A model generated the notes under the pieces. The model was not told the DNA's origin and did not search any database. It saw nothing but the letters and a program-made list of their open reading frames with translations. From the NCBI GenBank assembly GCA_034226945.1, contig CP120457.1, forward strand, positions 806,001 to 870,000: 64,000 nt of DNA, written 5' to 3'. Made by a program: the position numbers and the translations under genes. The first letter of the stretch is position 1, and each line of letters starts with the position of its first letter. Positions 1 to 12,196 of this stretch are shown piece after piece. The DNA comes from Picochlorum sp. SENEW3. Its lineage: Eukaryota.

Positions 1-731
1 ATGGGGGAAAGATTCCCCGTGAAGCCTTGCTAGACCTCTGGCTAACATCTATTGGTATATTGACAAAGGGACTTTGTAGAGAGCCTTCGCAAAGGTTAAG
101 AGATACCTCAATTGCTGCCTTGCACAGGACATTGATGGCTTCGAGCTCTTTGGACTTGCCCACTGATATGTGGATACAAACAATTCAAGAGCTTCTGCTC
201 CCACTTGTCCACGACTTGGGAGCATCAACACCAAATAAAAGCAAACCCTCCAGCCAAATAAATAAATCTTTCCGTTTAGTGATCAGCATGCTCTCAAAGG
301 TTTTGTTGCAGTATGTACCGTCAATAGCAAGTGACAATGATTTCGGTGTCCTATGGGAGAATACGTTCATGGCCCTAAAGGACTGCATGGATAAGAAGAA
401 TGAAGAACAGAAAGAGATTGTCCACGAAATAACAAAAAACCTAATTTTAGTATTGGCGCATGAAGGTATTTTGACACCAGAGTGGAAGGATGGGAGTGGC
501 AAGTCCCTGTGGGACATTACATGGATGTGTGCAAAAGAAATATCCCAGGATTTAGACCCTCGTATTTTATCGCCAGAGCAGAAAAAAGAAATTCTCAATC
601 AGGAAGGTGGGGACACGTCGAAAGAAGACGATATGGATAACAGCAATAATAATTCTGCAGAGCCTCCTGCTGCTGCTGCTGCTCAAGAAGAGGAAGAAGA
701 GTTGGAGCCTCCTGCATGCAAGCAAAGCTGA
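1..731 (+). CDS. C-terminal part of a large Sec7 ARF-GEF (GBF1/GNOM-like), 5'-truncated by the window
   Basis: Helical HDS-like segments (RLRDTSIAALHRTL; FGVLWENTFMALKDCM; EITKNLILVLAHEGIL; LWDITW) typical of the GBF1/GNOM C-terminus, then an acidic tail. Confidence 0.7.
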   Translation, partial: GGKIPREALLDLWLTSIGILTKGLCREPSQRLRDTSIAALHRTLMASSSLDLPTDMWIQTIQELLLPLVHDLGASTPNKSKPSSQINKSFRLVISMLSKVLLQYVPSIASDNDFGVLWENTFMALKDCMDKKNEEQKEIVHEITKNLILVLAHEGILTPEWKDGSGKSLWDITWMCAKEISQDLDPRILSPEQKKEILNQEGGDTSKEDDMDNSNNNSAEPPAAAAAQEEEEELEPPACKQS

Positions 732-975
732 TATTTGGTAAAAGACACTGTATATAACGATATTGTAGATCTGGTAACAATCAAAGAAGCATGCCGATTC
801 TCCATGGTTAACCATGCAATCAAGACACGTCTGAAAGGGTCATGCAGCATGACCCACCTGGATTGCAGTTCTGGCCCACGTGTTGGCCGTGTACACGGTT
901 TTGACGTGTTGGCAAATCCGAGAGTTCCCTCCCAGTATCAAATCCTTCCCAATTCTCCCTCGCGCCTTTATTACA

Positions 976-1503
976 ATGTATCAAATAATGTCGTTTCTAC
1001 GACAAATTGGGATAGTTCCGTTGTTGCTGGGAATAGCGCTTTGTCAAACGTCTTGGGTTCTAGCTCAATACTGCAAAAACGCAACGCAGGCGCCAGAGGA
1101 ATTTTCTACATGCGGTGAAGGGGTAGGGAGCCATTTATATTTGCTTATGAATTGATTATAGCGCTCAAATACAGTGTGTAAGTTGCAGGCCCTCGTAGAA
1201 TATGTAGCAGCTCAAGTCCCCAACAGACTCTTGGTCGACTGGGCAGAAGAAGGGCTGACAAATCTAATACCATACCTAGACTGGATCGATTGTCCTGTGA
1301 ATACTGATCCCACTGTATCTGTCACGAGGATTCTAACAATTTGCCAGTCAACATTAGATTCGCGAGACTTGTTTGCCTTGGTGACCAGCAAAGTGTCCTG
1401 TGATAAAGACAATGGACCACAGCCGATGGAAAGTAAATGGACATTGCGCATCAATCTGATCACAAATGAGATGGACTTTGAGAACATCTGTTCTATCAAA
1501 TGA
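976..1503 (+). CDS. Putative secreted cysteine-rich protein, ~153 aa, 2 exons (976-1122, 1189-1503)
   Basis: MYQIMSFLRQIGIVPLLLGIALCQTSWVLA looks like a signal peptide. A GT..AG intron at 1123-1188 joins the 880 and 1174 ORF frames in phase. Six Cys in the mature part. Confidence 0.6.
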
Positions 1504-1669
1504 TGGTAGTATAATGTAACTCATTGTAGCACTGCATCACCATATATGGTGCATTTGTGACTGGACAATGTCCAGTGGTCCAGTGGTCATTGATCATCGT
1601 CCTCCCGCCGTGTTGTTTTCTTTTAAAAGCATACCAGGCTGGATTGGTGCAATATATTATTTATTAAAA

Positions 1670-3015
1670 ATGCCAGTATTGTCGCAGAGAGCCCTCGAAG
1701 GGCTTCGAAACTATAAATATAAACCAGCTGGATATACCATACTAGACGATTTGCATCAGCCGATTTGGAACTGTACGTGGCACCATTGGTCTTTTCATGA
1801 CTACATATGCTAATTTTGTGGATGTCTGTACAGATATAACGAGCAATTGGCTACCAAACTGGCTGGCTCCCAATTTGATTACCTTGACTGGACTGATCAC
1901 TCTGATCTTTTCATACATCATCACGGCGTATTATAATATTGATTTTACACATGAGACACCAAGATGGAATTATCTTTTGGCGGCAGCTGCTGTTTTCATT
2001 TACTTGCACATGGACTGTCTCGACGGGAAGCAAGCAAGGAAGACTGGCACCTCATCGCCTCTTGGGCAGCTTTTTGATCATGGTATGTACATGAAAGCGA
2101 AAGGAGATAGCTTATGATGATGCAAATTTACAGGATGTGTGGTTCTCTGTAGGATGTGATGCATTTGCTGTGCACCTGATTTTGATAAATCTCATTACGT
2201 CTCTCCAGCTTGTACATGATTGGAAATCGATCATGTCTGCGCTCTATGTGTTCATTCCCTGGTGGCTAGCTCATTGGGAGGAGTATCATACAGGAGTAAT
2301 GCTGTATGGCAGTGGATTATGGGGCGTGACAGAAGCGAATTATGCCGTGTGCCTGGTACATTTGTTCACCTACATTGTGGGGCCAGCAGGATGGACGTGG
2401 ACCCCATTCTCTTTCTTGGGTACTCGCTGCGACAACTCAATCAATTTTATAGAAAGATTATGCTCTTTTATTTCGGGTTTACAGGTGAATGATGCCTTGT
2501 TGCTGACCTTTGGATTCATGGGTGCGTCACTGTTTCTTCAGCAGGTAGTCAGAGTTTTCAAACTCTCAGGGTCAGATACTCTTCTGAACACTACATTGCC
2601 CACAGAAGAAAGAGGTCACAAAGATTTAGGCTTTATGGCTTCTGGCTCACACTTGTTACAAATTCTTTGGACATGCATTGGTTGTGGTACAATTTTGATT
2701 CTTCCAATTGTACCACCCTCTCACAGTAGAATTGTTTTTGAAATATTTGGGATCAACTATGCTTGGCAGGCTACTAGGATGATTATGGCACACATGTCGA
2801 AAGAGTCATTTCAAATTGCAATATTGCCAAACATTCTAATCATGTTGCAGATACTCAACTTCTTTGTGGAAGCTTTCGAGCCTACCGGCATAGCATATGC
2901 TGTGCTCGCAGGCACAGCTGTTGGATACCTCCAGTATATATTATCCGTTATATCAGAGATTTGTGCGTTCCTAGGCATATCTGCTTTGACCATCAAAGCT
3001 CGAAAGATGGATTGA
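1670..3015 (+). CDS. AAPT1: Choline/ethanolamine phosphotransferase (aminoalcoholphosphotransferase, CDP-alcohol phosphatidyltransferase), 3 exons
   Basis: [19 protein letters not shown] and the CDP-OH motif [27 protein letters not shown]; multiple TM helices. Confidence 0.93.
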
Positions 3016-3174
3016 GGATCAAACTTGGGTTACAGTATTTCATTCGCTCGTATGGGGCACAGATCGCATTCCGTCATGGCATTGGGAAGGAGCATGAAAT
3101 CGTCATATTTATTTATCAAATTTTGGTTTAATAAAACAACTTTTGAGTTGAGTGGATATCATCGAATGTAAGGT

Positions 3175-4629
3175 ATGCCGCCGAAAAAGAACAAGCAGGC
3201 AGACAAGTCCAAACAGGCAACCAAGCAGAAGGTGAGTAAATGAATCTGCATTGTATTCATACATGTAGAATAGCCTTTGGAGATGTATTTACCTGGTGGA
3301 TTTGACGTTGCAGATTGTCGAGGACAAGACATTTGGACTAAAGGTACGAACGGACCTGTGTTGCCTCGCGTAGTTAGTAGAGACACGGCGCTTTAACGAT
3401 TTGCTTACACGAACTCATTTGATGCAGAACAAAAAGAAGAGTAGCAAAGTACAAAGGTGCGATAGATGCTAGCATGGGTGTGGATTTTTCTGCTGCAGCA
3501 CACTGCTCTAGTTCTCCTGTCACCTACACCCTCTTGACATCGTGAATGCCCTGCAGATACGTTCAAAATGTTCAGCAGTCAGTGCAGCAGAGTCAGCAGA
3601 AGAAGAATCAAGGAGAAATCAATAGAAAGGTGCGACGTGAATTACAGTGTTTGGACTCCAGTCAACAATGCATGTGCATTTGGATTCAAACAATGATTCT
3701 TGTGCTTTCAGGAGAAGAAGAAGGCTGAACAAGAGCGCCAGAAGGAGATTGATGAGCTATTCGCTATGACTATCAAACAACCCAAGCTTCCTCCTGGAGT
3801 TGATCCAAAGAGTGTTGTGTGTGAATTTTTCCGGCATGGAAAATGTACAAAGGGTTTCAAGTGCAAGTTCAGTCATGACCTGGCTGTAGAGCGGAAAGGT
3901 CCCAAGTTGGATCTTTACAGCGATAAAAGAGATGCAGAAAAGGAGGAAGATGAAGGTATGGATGATTGGGATCAAGAGACGCTCGAAAAGGCTATTGCAC
4001 AAAAGCACGGTTCAGAGAATCAGAATAGACCAACAAGTATTGTCTGCAAATATTTCTTGGACGCTGTAGAAAAAAGGCAATATGGGTGGTTTTGGCAGTG
4101 TCCTAATGGCAAGGATTGCAAATATCGTCATGCTCTCCCTCCAGGATTTGTCCTGAAGAGCCAAATGAAGCAACTGCTGGAAGAGGAGCAGGCAAATAAA
4201 GTTAGCGTGGAGGAAGAAATCGAAGAAGAGAGGTCAAAGGTAGATGCAAAAACTCCCATCACACCAGAAGTATTTAATAAATGGAAAGCAGAGTTGGACC
4301 TGGCAAGGCAAAAGGAGATGGATGCAAAAGAAGCAGAAAGGAAAAAGCGCGGGCAAATGACAGGCAGAGAAATATTCGAACAAGAGGGCTTCATTGCCGC
4401 CGATGATGCGAGTGCTTCGGAATCCTATGTCAGAGAGATAGATGATGAAAGTGAGATTCAAAAGATGCATAATAAAGCGAGAGAAGACATGGAGATGTTG
4501 AGGAATGCATCTGTGAGCAAAGAGGCAGTCACCGAGGCTGAAGAATCTGGCATCTTCGATTCGGACGAGGACGATGATGACGTGCTAGATGCTTTAACTG
4601 CAGGAATCGAACAGACCAGAGTCTCCTAA
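3175..4629 (+). CDS. ZC3H15: CCCH zinc-finger protein ZC3H15/Tma46 (DFRP1), 5 exons including 30- and 29-nt microexons
   Basis: MPPKK..IVEDKTFGLKNKKKSSKVQ N-terminus over exons at 3175, 3314-3343 and 3428-3456. Also GVDPKSVVCEFF..CTKGFKCKFSHD and YGWFWQCPNGKDCKYRHALPPG. Confidence 0.93.
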
Positions 4630-4692
4630 ACCTGAATTGCATGTATAAATTACAATGACTTTGCCATGGTAAAGCAAGTAAGACTGAACCTA

Positions 4693-4997
4693 TTATGCTT
4701 TGGCTTTAGCGATCATATCTTTCACTGGTGGTGGATTTTTTGGCACTGGGACATTTCCAAATCCTAAAAACTCTCTTACCGGTGGAACGACAACAGGAAG
4801 GGCAAGACCTGGAGACAGCAAGTACACGTAATTTCTGTCAGAACTTTCAACGGACGTTTGATTCATTCCATAAAGAGTCATTTCTTTTCTTTGAAAGAAT
4901 AAACGTCATCTCACGCACCAACACCACCGATCAGCAAGCTCCAAGTTATGATGGGCTCCCTATGCATAGCGTGTCTCAACGCTGCCGATAGAGACAT
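4693..4997 (-). CDS. NDUFA3: Mitochondrial complex I subunit B9/NDUFA3, 64 aa, 2 exons (4997-4919, 4808-4693)
   Basis: Spliced product MSLSAALRHAMHREPIITWSLLIGGVGLALPVVVPPVREFLGFGNVPVPKNPPPVKDMIAKAKA matches the EP(V/I)..S..IGG.GL.LP.VV.P signature of plant/algal B9. GT..AG intron at 4918-4809. Confidence 0.8.
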
Positions 4998-5230
4998 GAT
5001 TATCTAGGTACAGGGAAGCTCAATCACTTTGAATTATTATACACTGATCAGTATGAGGATCGCAATGATCTGTTTTACGTCGTTGTGGAGGATTGCTTCG
5101 TTACTTGTGTATTCTCATTGCCATCATCCATGACATGCAACCCAGTTGGGTCCATTCCTACATTGCTGGAAATCTGGATGAGACAGCGTGGTATGGAGGT
5201 AATATTTATATTTACAGGGAGATGGAAAGA

Positions 5231-7460
5231 CTATTTTGTAGCCTCCCATATTGCAAAGTTAGATCCACTATGGAGCATTTGCCACTCTCGTGCTGAAGAA
5301 TCATCATTTGGAGACCAATTGCCTGGTCCTATCTGCAAGGATGGATGATACATGGATATATAATCAACCGTATACAACAACAGTAACCAACGTGATTCTA
5401 TTGAAACATACCTTGACTGCGATCTTTTTGTTTATTATAGCTGCGTACACATCGTTATATGCTTTCTGGACAGAGACTTCAGACTTGTTTGAAAGGCCAA
5501 ATCTTTTTCTGATGTCGATCAATTTGAGAATGTCTTCTCTTATTTTATCATCATAGAAGAAATGGTCGAAAAACACACAAGGCGTCCCTGGATGCGTCAA
5601 CAGGTAGGCATATCCTTCGGAGACATGGTCCCAAGGGAATGGCCAATGCTGCAATGTGCTACCTGTATCATGGTTCTCTAAGAATGTTATCGACCGCGAT
5701 GACCAGAGACCGAGGACACCGGATGGTCTTCCTTGCGAATCTACGAGTCTCCAGTATTCTTTTCTAGATACTGCCTCCTGCAGAATGCCTTTCAGTGTGA
5801 AATCAAAGGCAGCACAGGTTCCTCCAGTGGCATCACACCAGTCAATTGTTCTTTGACGATGTGAATCTTGATTGAAACTTAGGACGCCATCTTGATATGA
5901 ACACGTATCCCAATATTCTCCGAATGCCATCTCTGGCACCGTGGCATTGACATATTCTGCAACATATTTGCCATCATAGCCCTGTACGGAACAGATAATG
6001 CATCATGTCAATCGGGTTTCAAACAACTTGACACGCCCCACAATATTTTACCTTGACAAAATCAAATCTCCATCCATCAAAGCCAATAGATTTTCGGAGC
6101 CACAACAACCATTCAATGATGTCCTTTCTTACTCTTTCCTGTGAATGATCAAGGTTTGGTGCAGCAACATAATCCTCTTGCTGTTTGTAATTTCCTTTCC
6201 CTCCAAATTCTGGATTGTTACTACAAATGACAGAATTATCCCACGCCAGTCGTCCACCAAACTTATTCCACTTTCCATCATCTCCTTGATAATGAGCACA
6301 TCTATGGTTAATAACAATATCTGCAATTGCCTTGAGTCCATTTTCGTGCAGAACACCTATCATTTCTCTCAGCTCCGCTTCTGTACCATACTGTGAGTTC
6401 AAATCATAGTAGTCTCGTGGCAGATAGCCTTGCTTACTAACAGAGTCTGAAACCGGAGGCAACCAGACAGCTGTGAAACCTGCCGCAGCAAATTCAGGAG
6501 CCATGTCCGAGATCTTTTGGTACCAATCCTCATTGCAGCTCTCCCAGTTGAAACCTTGAAGAATAATTTCGTACCCATTTCCAGCAGCAGGGCCAGTTGT
6601 CGAGATTGGTGGTGGCATCAGATATTCGGGTATAGTCTCTTTTGCAACCTCCTTTTCTGCCTTCTCCATCAGCGTTCTCCTGGTTGCCAAGATTGCTTCC
6701 AAAGCAGATATTTTTCTCTCCAACATAGAATTAGCCTCCGCGCGTTCCAATTGCTTTTCTTCTATAACTTCAGATGGTCCTTCGGCCATGACCCCAATAA
6801 TTTCCCTCTCGATGGAAACCAGTTCAGCTGCAGCATTTGCCATTTCCGCTGCTGCTGCTTCCAATGCAACAATATCGCTCTCTTTAATGATTGTCGACCT
6901 ATCTTCCATTTGGAGCGCACCATGGATCGCGGGTTTCAAACTTTTACTGCTTTTATTGAGTAATTTCAATAGGTCTGGCTCCAGATCCTTCCACCTCTCC
7001 TCACTCACCTGCGTGATTGAAATGATACAGCATTATCATACAAATGGACAGAAAACGCAACTATTTGCCTCTGACGTACCTTTGCCCCATCAATTTCTGT
7101 AATACGAAATACATTACAGACAGCACCATGCTCAAATGCATTCAGATTTGCCGAGGCAACAACTATTCCCTTGGTCTCCAGTAATGCCGTAAGTTGCATG
7201 AGAAGTACCGTGTCATTACGCCCACACACATTCATTACCGTACACGAATCATCAGCACTATTGGAGAAAGACAAAACTTCTTCTTCGTCAGAACCGTCAA
7301 GTACATCTGATGCAGCTTGTTGTGCTGCAACTATTCCAGCATCTCTACCTGGCCTCCTTCTGCCTCGTAGTATTCTTGGGCATAATTCATGGGAAGTTTT
7401 GGCAGAAGCACCCAAGCTTTTGCCGTATGTACCCCTGAAAGCTGTCAACGGTCTTATCAT
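5231..7460 (-). CDS. AMY: Plastid alpha-amylase (GH13, plant AMY type) with N-terminal ACT-like domain and coiled coil, 4 exons
   Basis: EIILQGFNWES, GYLPRDYYDLNSQYG, ADIVINHR, GFDGWRFDFVKG, FLENHDTGS and C-terminal IGPGNWSP..FAIWE. The N-terminus is transit-peptide-like and is followed by an ACT-like segment. Confidence 0.92.
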
Positions 7461-7841
7461 TCTTAATCTCGATGAGCAATGTACTCGGCTGCAGCAAGAA
7501 TCCCTAGAAGTCAGCAACGACCGCAAGGTCGAGGGTGTCGGCCTCTTCGAATATCATTGATACTACGTACCTCGTCATCACAGCAATATAGTAATACAAT
7601 CGTTCTAATTACAACGTCTGTCGCGCTCTATTTCAACTCATTCTATCGATTCGCTATCTCAACGAGTCTGCGTGCAGGCAGCGTCAATCAAACTGATGAC
7701 GTACAGTGCACAGCAACTATGTGAATTAAATAATAACTATTGCAATTTAAGATATGAATGAATGCGCTACTAGGCGCATCGCTTCGATATGGGACCATGA
7801 CCTATCCTGTGCGCAGGGTATCATGCATGGAACGCTAGGGA

Positions 7842-8541
7842 TTAATTTAATCCTCCATTTTCGGTGGTTTTCCGTCGCTTAAGCTCCGCTTCCAACTCTT
7901 CTAAAGACAATGATTCAACAGCCTTTTGCTCTTCTCTTTCAGCAGCACCGCTATCATTTCCCCAAGCCAACTTTGCTGATTCGAGCCTCTTGGCCTCAAT
8001 CTCAGGATCTTCCTCCATTTCGCCTGATGGATCTATTGATTGAACCTTTTGTCTTGGGTTTGGTGAAAGGGTACTAGATAGTTCATCACGTATTTCACTC
8101 AAGCCAATCTCATCCTCAATGGTGCTTTTCAAGTCAGTTGAAATGTCAGTCAACTCTCTGATTGTTGGGGCCAAGGCCTTCACTCCCTGGCCCAAACTTT
8201 TCGCAGCTTGTGCCAATCCTTTTGGACCAAAAAGAATCAGAGCTACAACGCCTACAAGGACTGCTTCGGGGGCTCCAACTCCCAAGAAGGCGGTCGTCAC
8301 TATTCCTCTTCGAAACTGGTTCAGTTTTGGCTCTGCAACAACCAACAGGTTCCTCAATAGTGGAACGCATTTGAGATATTGTGCTGGTGTGTAACGTACC
8401 AAATGGAGTGGTCAAGAGTTTTTGTTTCCTCAGGTCCCGTCGTAAAGAACGGGGCAGACCATGGTAGCGTCGTCCTGTGGACGCACGGTCACTAGAATGA
8501 CGCCAATTAGACAGTGTATTGAATGCCCTGACTGCTCTCAT
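7842..8541 (-). CDS. HCF106: Thylakoid Tat translocase subunit TatB/HCF106, 2 exons
   Basis: FLGVGAPEAVLVGVVALILFGPKGLAQAAKSLG motif, amphipathic helix and acidic tail; transit peptide in the first exon from ATG 8541. Confidence 0.9.
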
Positions 8542-8890
8542 GCTAACTATAATTTACTAAAGGTTTTATAATATCTCACAGAGTGCATGTTTGAACAGAG
8601 TATGGCATTGGCTCCTCGCATGGAACCAATCCTTTGGCTACTGATAGACACATTTCTTCGATCATCGACCGGATCTAATGGGAAAGTCTGAATCAGAACA
8701 TTCGCCCAGTTGGGCGTATCTAGATTTGATCATCGCATTTTTTGCACTTTGAGCCATGAGAGTGCGATACAAATTATTACAAAGTTGACAAAATTGTTAA
8801 AATAGTCTCCGTTGGCCTGTTCCTTCTTTTAAATCCCGTGGAGTTGACAAGATTGCCTCAAGCCCAAGGTCGGATAGAACACACCTGACC

Positions 8891-9397
8891 ATGATGAACG
8901 TGCAAGCTGCTGGAACACAGACATTGCGATCTGGTACTCAGAAAATTGGTACACGAACTGGAGGAACTCGTAAAGTAACTTCCATCGAAATTTTCACGCA
9001 AGAGAGAAAGTTCAGGTCCAAGCAGAACGTTGTCAAGCCTCAGCCCAAGATCCTTACCAAAGTGCAAGAGCTTCGTTTGCTATCCAAACTTGAAGAGGCT
9101 GGACTGCTTTCGCTTCTAGAGAAGAATGGAGTAACATTGAGTGCTATTGAAAAGTCTGGCATCCTGTCAACAGCCGAGAGCCTTGGTCTTGTGTCAGCTG
9201 CTGCAGATAGAAACACACCAACTGCTTTGTTCACCCTTAGTGCACTCTTGCTTGTTGCGGGACCTGCCATTGTGTACTTTGTTCCCGAGGACAACGCCGC
9301 CGAGATTGTCATTCAAGTGATTGCTGCTTTGACTTGCATTGTAGGGGGGTCTGCTGCATATGGTGGTGCCAATCTCTTGTCCAACTTGCAAAAGTAA
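8891..9397 (+). CDS. Chloroplast DUF1118 family membrane protein
   Basis: ILTKVQELRLLSKLEEAGLLSLLEKNGVTLSAIEKSGILSTAESLGLVS repeats plus two C-terminal TM helices. Confidence 0.8.
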   Translation: MMNVQAAGTQTLRSGTQKIGTRTGGTRKVTSIEIFTQERKFRSKQNVVKPQPKILTKVQELRLLSKLEEAGLLSLLEKNGVTLSAIEKSGILSTAESLGLVSAAADRNTPTALFTLSALLLVAGPAIVYFVPEDNAAEIVIQVIAALTCIVGGSAAYGGANLLSNLQK

Positions 9398-9676
9398 AAT
9401 CTTGCAACCTTATGTCGTGTTGATGGTTTGACGATGGCATGGTGATGTATAGATTAGTTTCGATCATTTTGTAATCTAAGTTACGCTCAAATGTAGCATA
9501 TAGCTCACCATTGACGCAAAGCATGTCTGACCATGGTCTGCCCCTCCAACTTGGCAAGTCAGGTGAAATTTGCAGCAGCAAACAATGCATTGACGTAGCG
9601 AAAGCAGTATACATTGGTAGTATTTTTAAGTACAAGAAAAGGAAAGAAACATTATATTGATACCATACAGCATTCA

Positions 9677-10382
9677 ATGCCGTTTGGTACGAATCCAAGT
9701 TCAACAAGGTTGCCGAATGGGTTCGTCCAACGTGCCACTTTGTGCAATAGTAATAGACAAGTATCTATATTCAGAGTATCTTCTTCGCCATGGGATACAT
9801 TAGGAGTAAATAGAGGCAGCACTCTCGAAGAAGTACGGCTTGCCTATCGGTCAAGAGTCAAAGAAGTCCATCCTGACTTGCACCAAGGCGATCCCCAAAA
9901 AGAGCAGGAAACTGTGCTACTAAATCAAGCATATATTGAGATAATCAAAGGTACAACAGATAAATTGAATATCGTGTCACAAAGATGCCGAGCACTCACT
10001 TCCTGCGTGTTTTCTCTGGAACTTTGCAGAACTATCTTTTCAAGACAAAAGCTCTGGTTTGGATGTTTTTGATACTTGCAAAGGTAACCCAGATCAACTG
10101 TTTGTGAACCCCCTGGTTTGCAACGGGGTATCTCCTGAGTATTGGTATGATTTGGTATCCCTTGCCCAGGATCTTGGAGAAGATGGGTTCACTGAATACA
10201 TGTACCAGGAACAAGGCATACGTGTTCCAGACGAGGCTTTCCTATATCTGACCAGAGACCAGTCTGAGGCCCTGCTTCAAGATATAGAGCGCTTTCAAAC
10301 CGAGTTGGATATTGTCAGCATAGAAGCATTTGAGTACTGGTTGGTCGACTGCTTGAGTAGAGCTCAGAGGGCTAATCGGTGA
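9677..10382 (+). CDS. Chloroplast DnaJ-domain protein with degenerate ferredoxin-like C-terminus (DJC82-like), 2 exons
   Basis: SPWDTLGV..EVRLAYRSRVKEVHPD..LLNQAY J-domain; C-terminal LFVNPLVC..PDEAFLYLTRDQ. Confidence 0.75.
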
Positions 10383-10501
10383 TCATTGCAGGTTTTGTTT
10401 CTTTTTTTCTCAGTTTGATTGAATGCATAATGGTTACATCAAAATGATTTGCATGCCAGATGAAACTCGTGTGACAGCATGACCAAACCTGGAACTATTA
10501 C

Positions 10502-11859
10502 TTAAACCGGGGTGACTTCCTTCTCAGTGATGCGTTCATACACCTCTCTCACCTTCAGGCCGACGATAGTTTGGAAAAGTCCAGTTCCGTTATTTGAACC
10601 TGGGAAGCTGTTATTCTTCATCATCTGCTGGGTAATCTCTCCATAGAACTTGGCACTTGTGCTGGAGAGGTGGCTTTCCAAGTAGATGAGTTCCTCAAAG
10701 CTGTCAAACTGGCCATCCATCTCCAAAACGCTCACTTCCTCTCCGTAGTAAGTATCTGGTCCATAATACACCTTGATGCCTGGGAAGCTGCATGTGAGCT
10801 TTCGGCCACATGGGATCCAGCTCACTGTTGACCCTTCGTCAAACAAGTAACTTGGGCTGAACAACTCCTTTCCTTCTTTCTGGATCAAACGGACGCGGAG
10901 AACCTTGCCTTCTTTCTCATCTGGAATGAGTTGTGTTGGGAGCACTTCGATGATCACATCAGCCTTCTTCTTTTGTGGGTCGATGTAAGCATCAAAGTCT
11001 GGCTTTCTGGCATCAATGGATGCCTTGATTGACTCCAAAGAGTGACCACGCTCCGCCATATCACGCTGAATCTTCCAAGCAAACTTAATTTCATCAGAAA
11101 TATCAAGGTAAATACGGAAGTCAATCAAATCGTTGACACGGTCATCATAGAATGGGTGCAGGCCTTCGATGATCAAAATCTTTGGTGCCTCAGTCTTCTC
11201 TGGTGGATCCAAGAGGCCTGTAACGTGGTTATAAATTGGCTTATCTACAGACTGTCCACTCTTCAAAGCTTTCACCTGCAATGCGAGAAAGAGAAAGCAG
11301 TCAGCGTACAAAATTCTTCTGGGGATACTAGAGGTTTGCCAGCTACATATACGTGATTTGAGGACCGTACCTGCTCATACATGAGGTCAAAGTTCTGAGA
11401 TTCTGGAGCCAAAGCGGTCACCTTTGCTTCTTTTCTGCCGTTGCGATCAAGGCTGTGGTAGTCATCAAGGCAAATTACTGTTGTCATATCACTGATCAAC
11501 GTGTTGCTGTCTGGATTTCCTCCTGCAGGTGGCTTTGGTGTTCCTCCAAAGATACCGGTGACTCTTCGCATGAATGTAGATTTGCCGCATCCGGAATCAG
11601 CTGCGAGACCGATGACGACGACCTTATCATCTGCGGCTTTCACGACGACAGTGCCCTTGTTAGCGATGCGAGTTGCCTTTGGTGCTTTAACAGCCATTGA
11701 TCCCATAAATGGAGATGCCACCTTCAAATGGCCGGCATTGACACTCTTCAGAGCACCACGCTGCGACTGCACTTTTGGGCGCAAAGAGGTGCTTGCCAGG
11801 GCAACCGGCTTGCATGACTGGGCGGACATAGCAATCATTTTGTTGGATTTTAAACTCAA
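10502..11859 (-). CDS. PRK: Phosphoribulokinase, chloroplast precursor, 2 exons
   Basis: VVIGLAADSGCGKSTFMRR, ICLDDYHSLDR, KPIYNHVTG, KPDFDAYIDPQK, WIPCGRKLTCS. Confidence 0.99.
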
Positions 11860-12196
11860 TCTATCAATGACAATGAGTTAGAATCAAGTCTGGTTCCGTC
11901 TCCGGAGTCAGAAGCCCATTATCCCGAACTCCGCCTTATCCTCCGAGTGGATCAACATCAACCAAGGGCGCCCTGAAGACAGTGCTCTCGAATTATTTTG
12001 GACAAAGTTGGCAATACCCATAGAAAAGCAAAAAGATTCCATTCATGCCGTACAATACTGCACGTGGTATAAACTCGATCATGAAGTACAAAAGTATCAA
12101 GTATTCGTGGTGACGTAGGCATAAGACTATTCACAATTTAGGGCTCGTTCAAAACTGAAACGTGGTGTTCCTGAAATAGGAAACACTTTTGTCAGC

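Noticed and set aside
735..1118. 127-aa ORF as exon 1 of the following gene
   Set aside because: Splicing from its end to the available acceptors hits an immediate stop; the alternative frame gives a signal peptide and an in-phase junction
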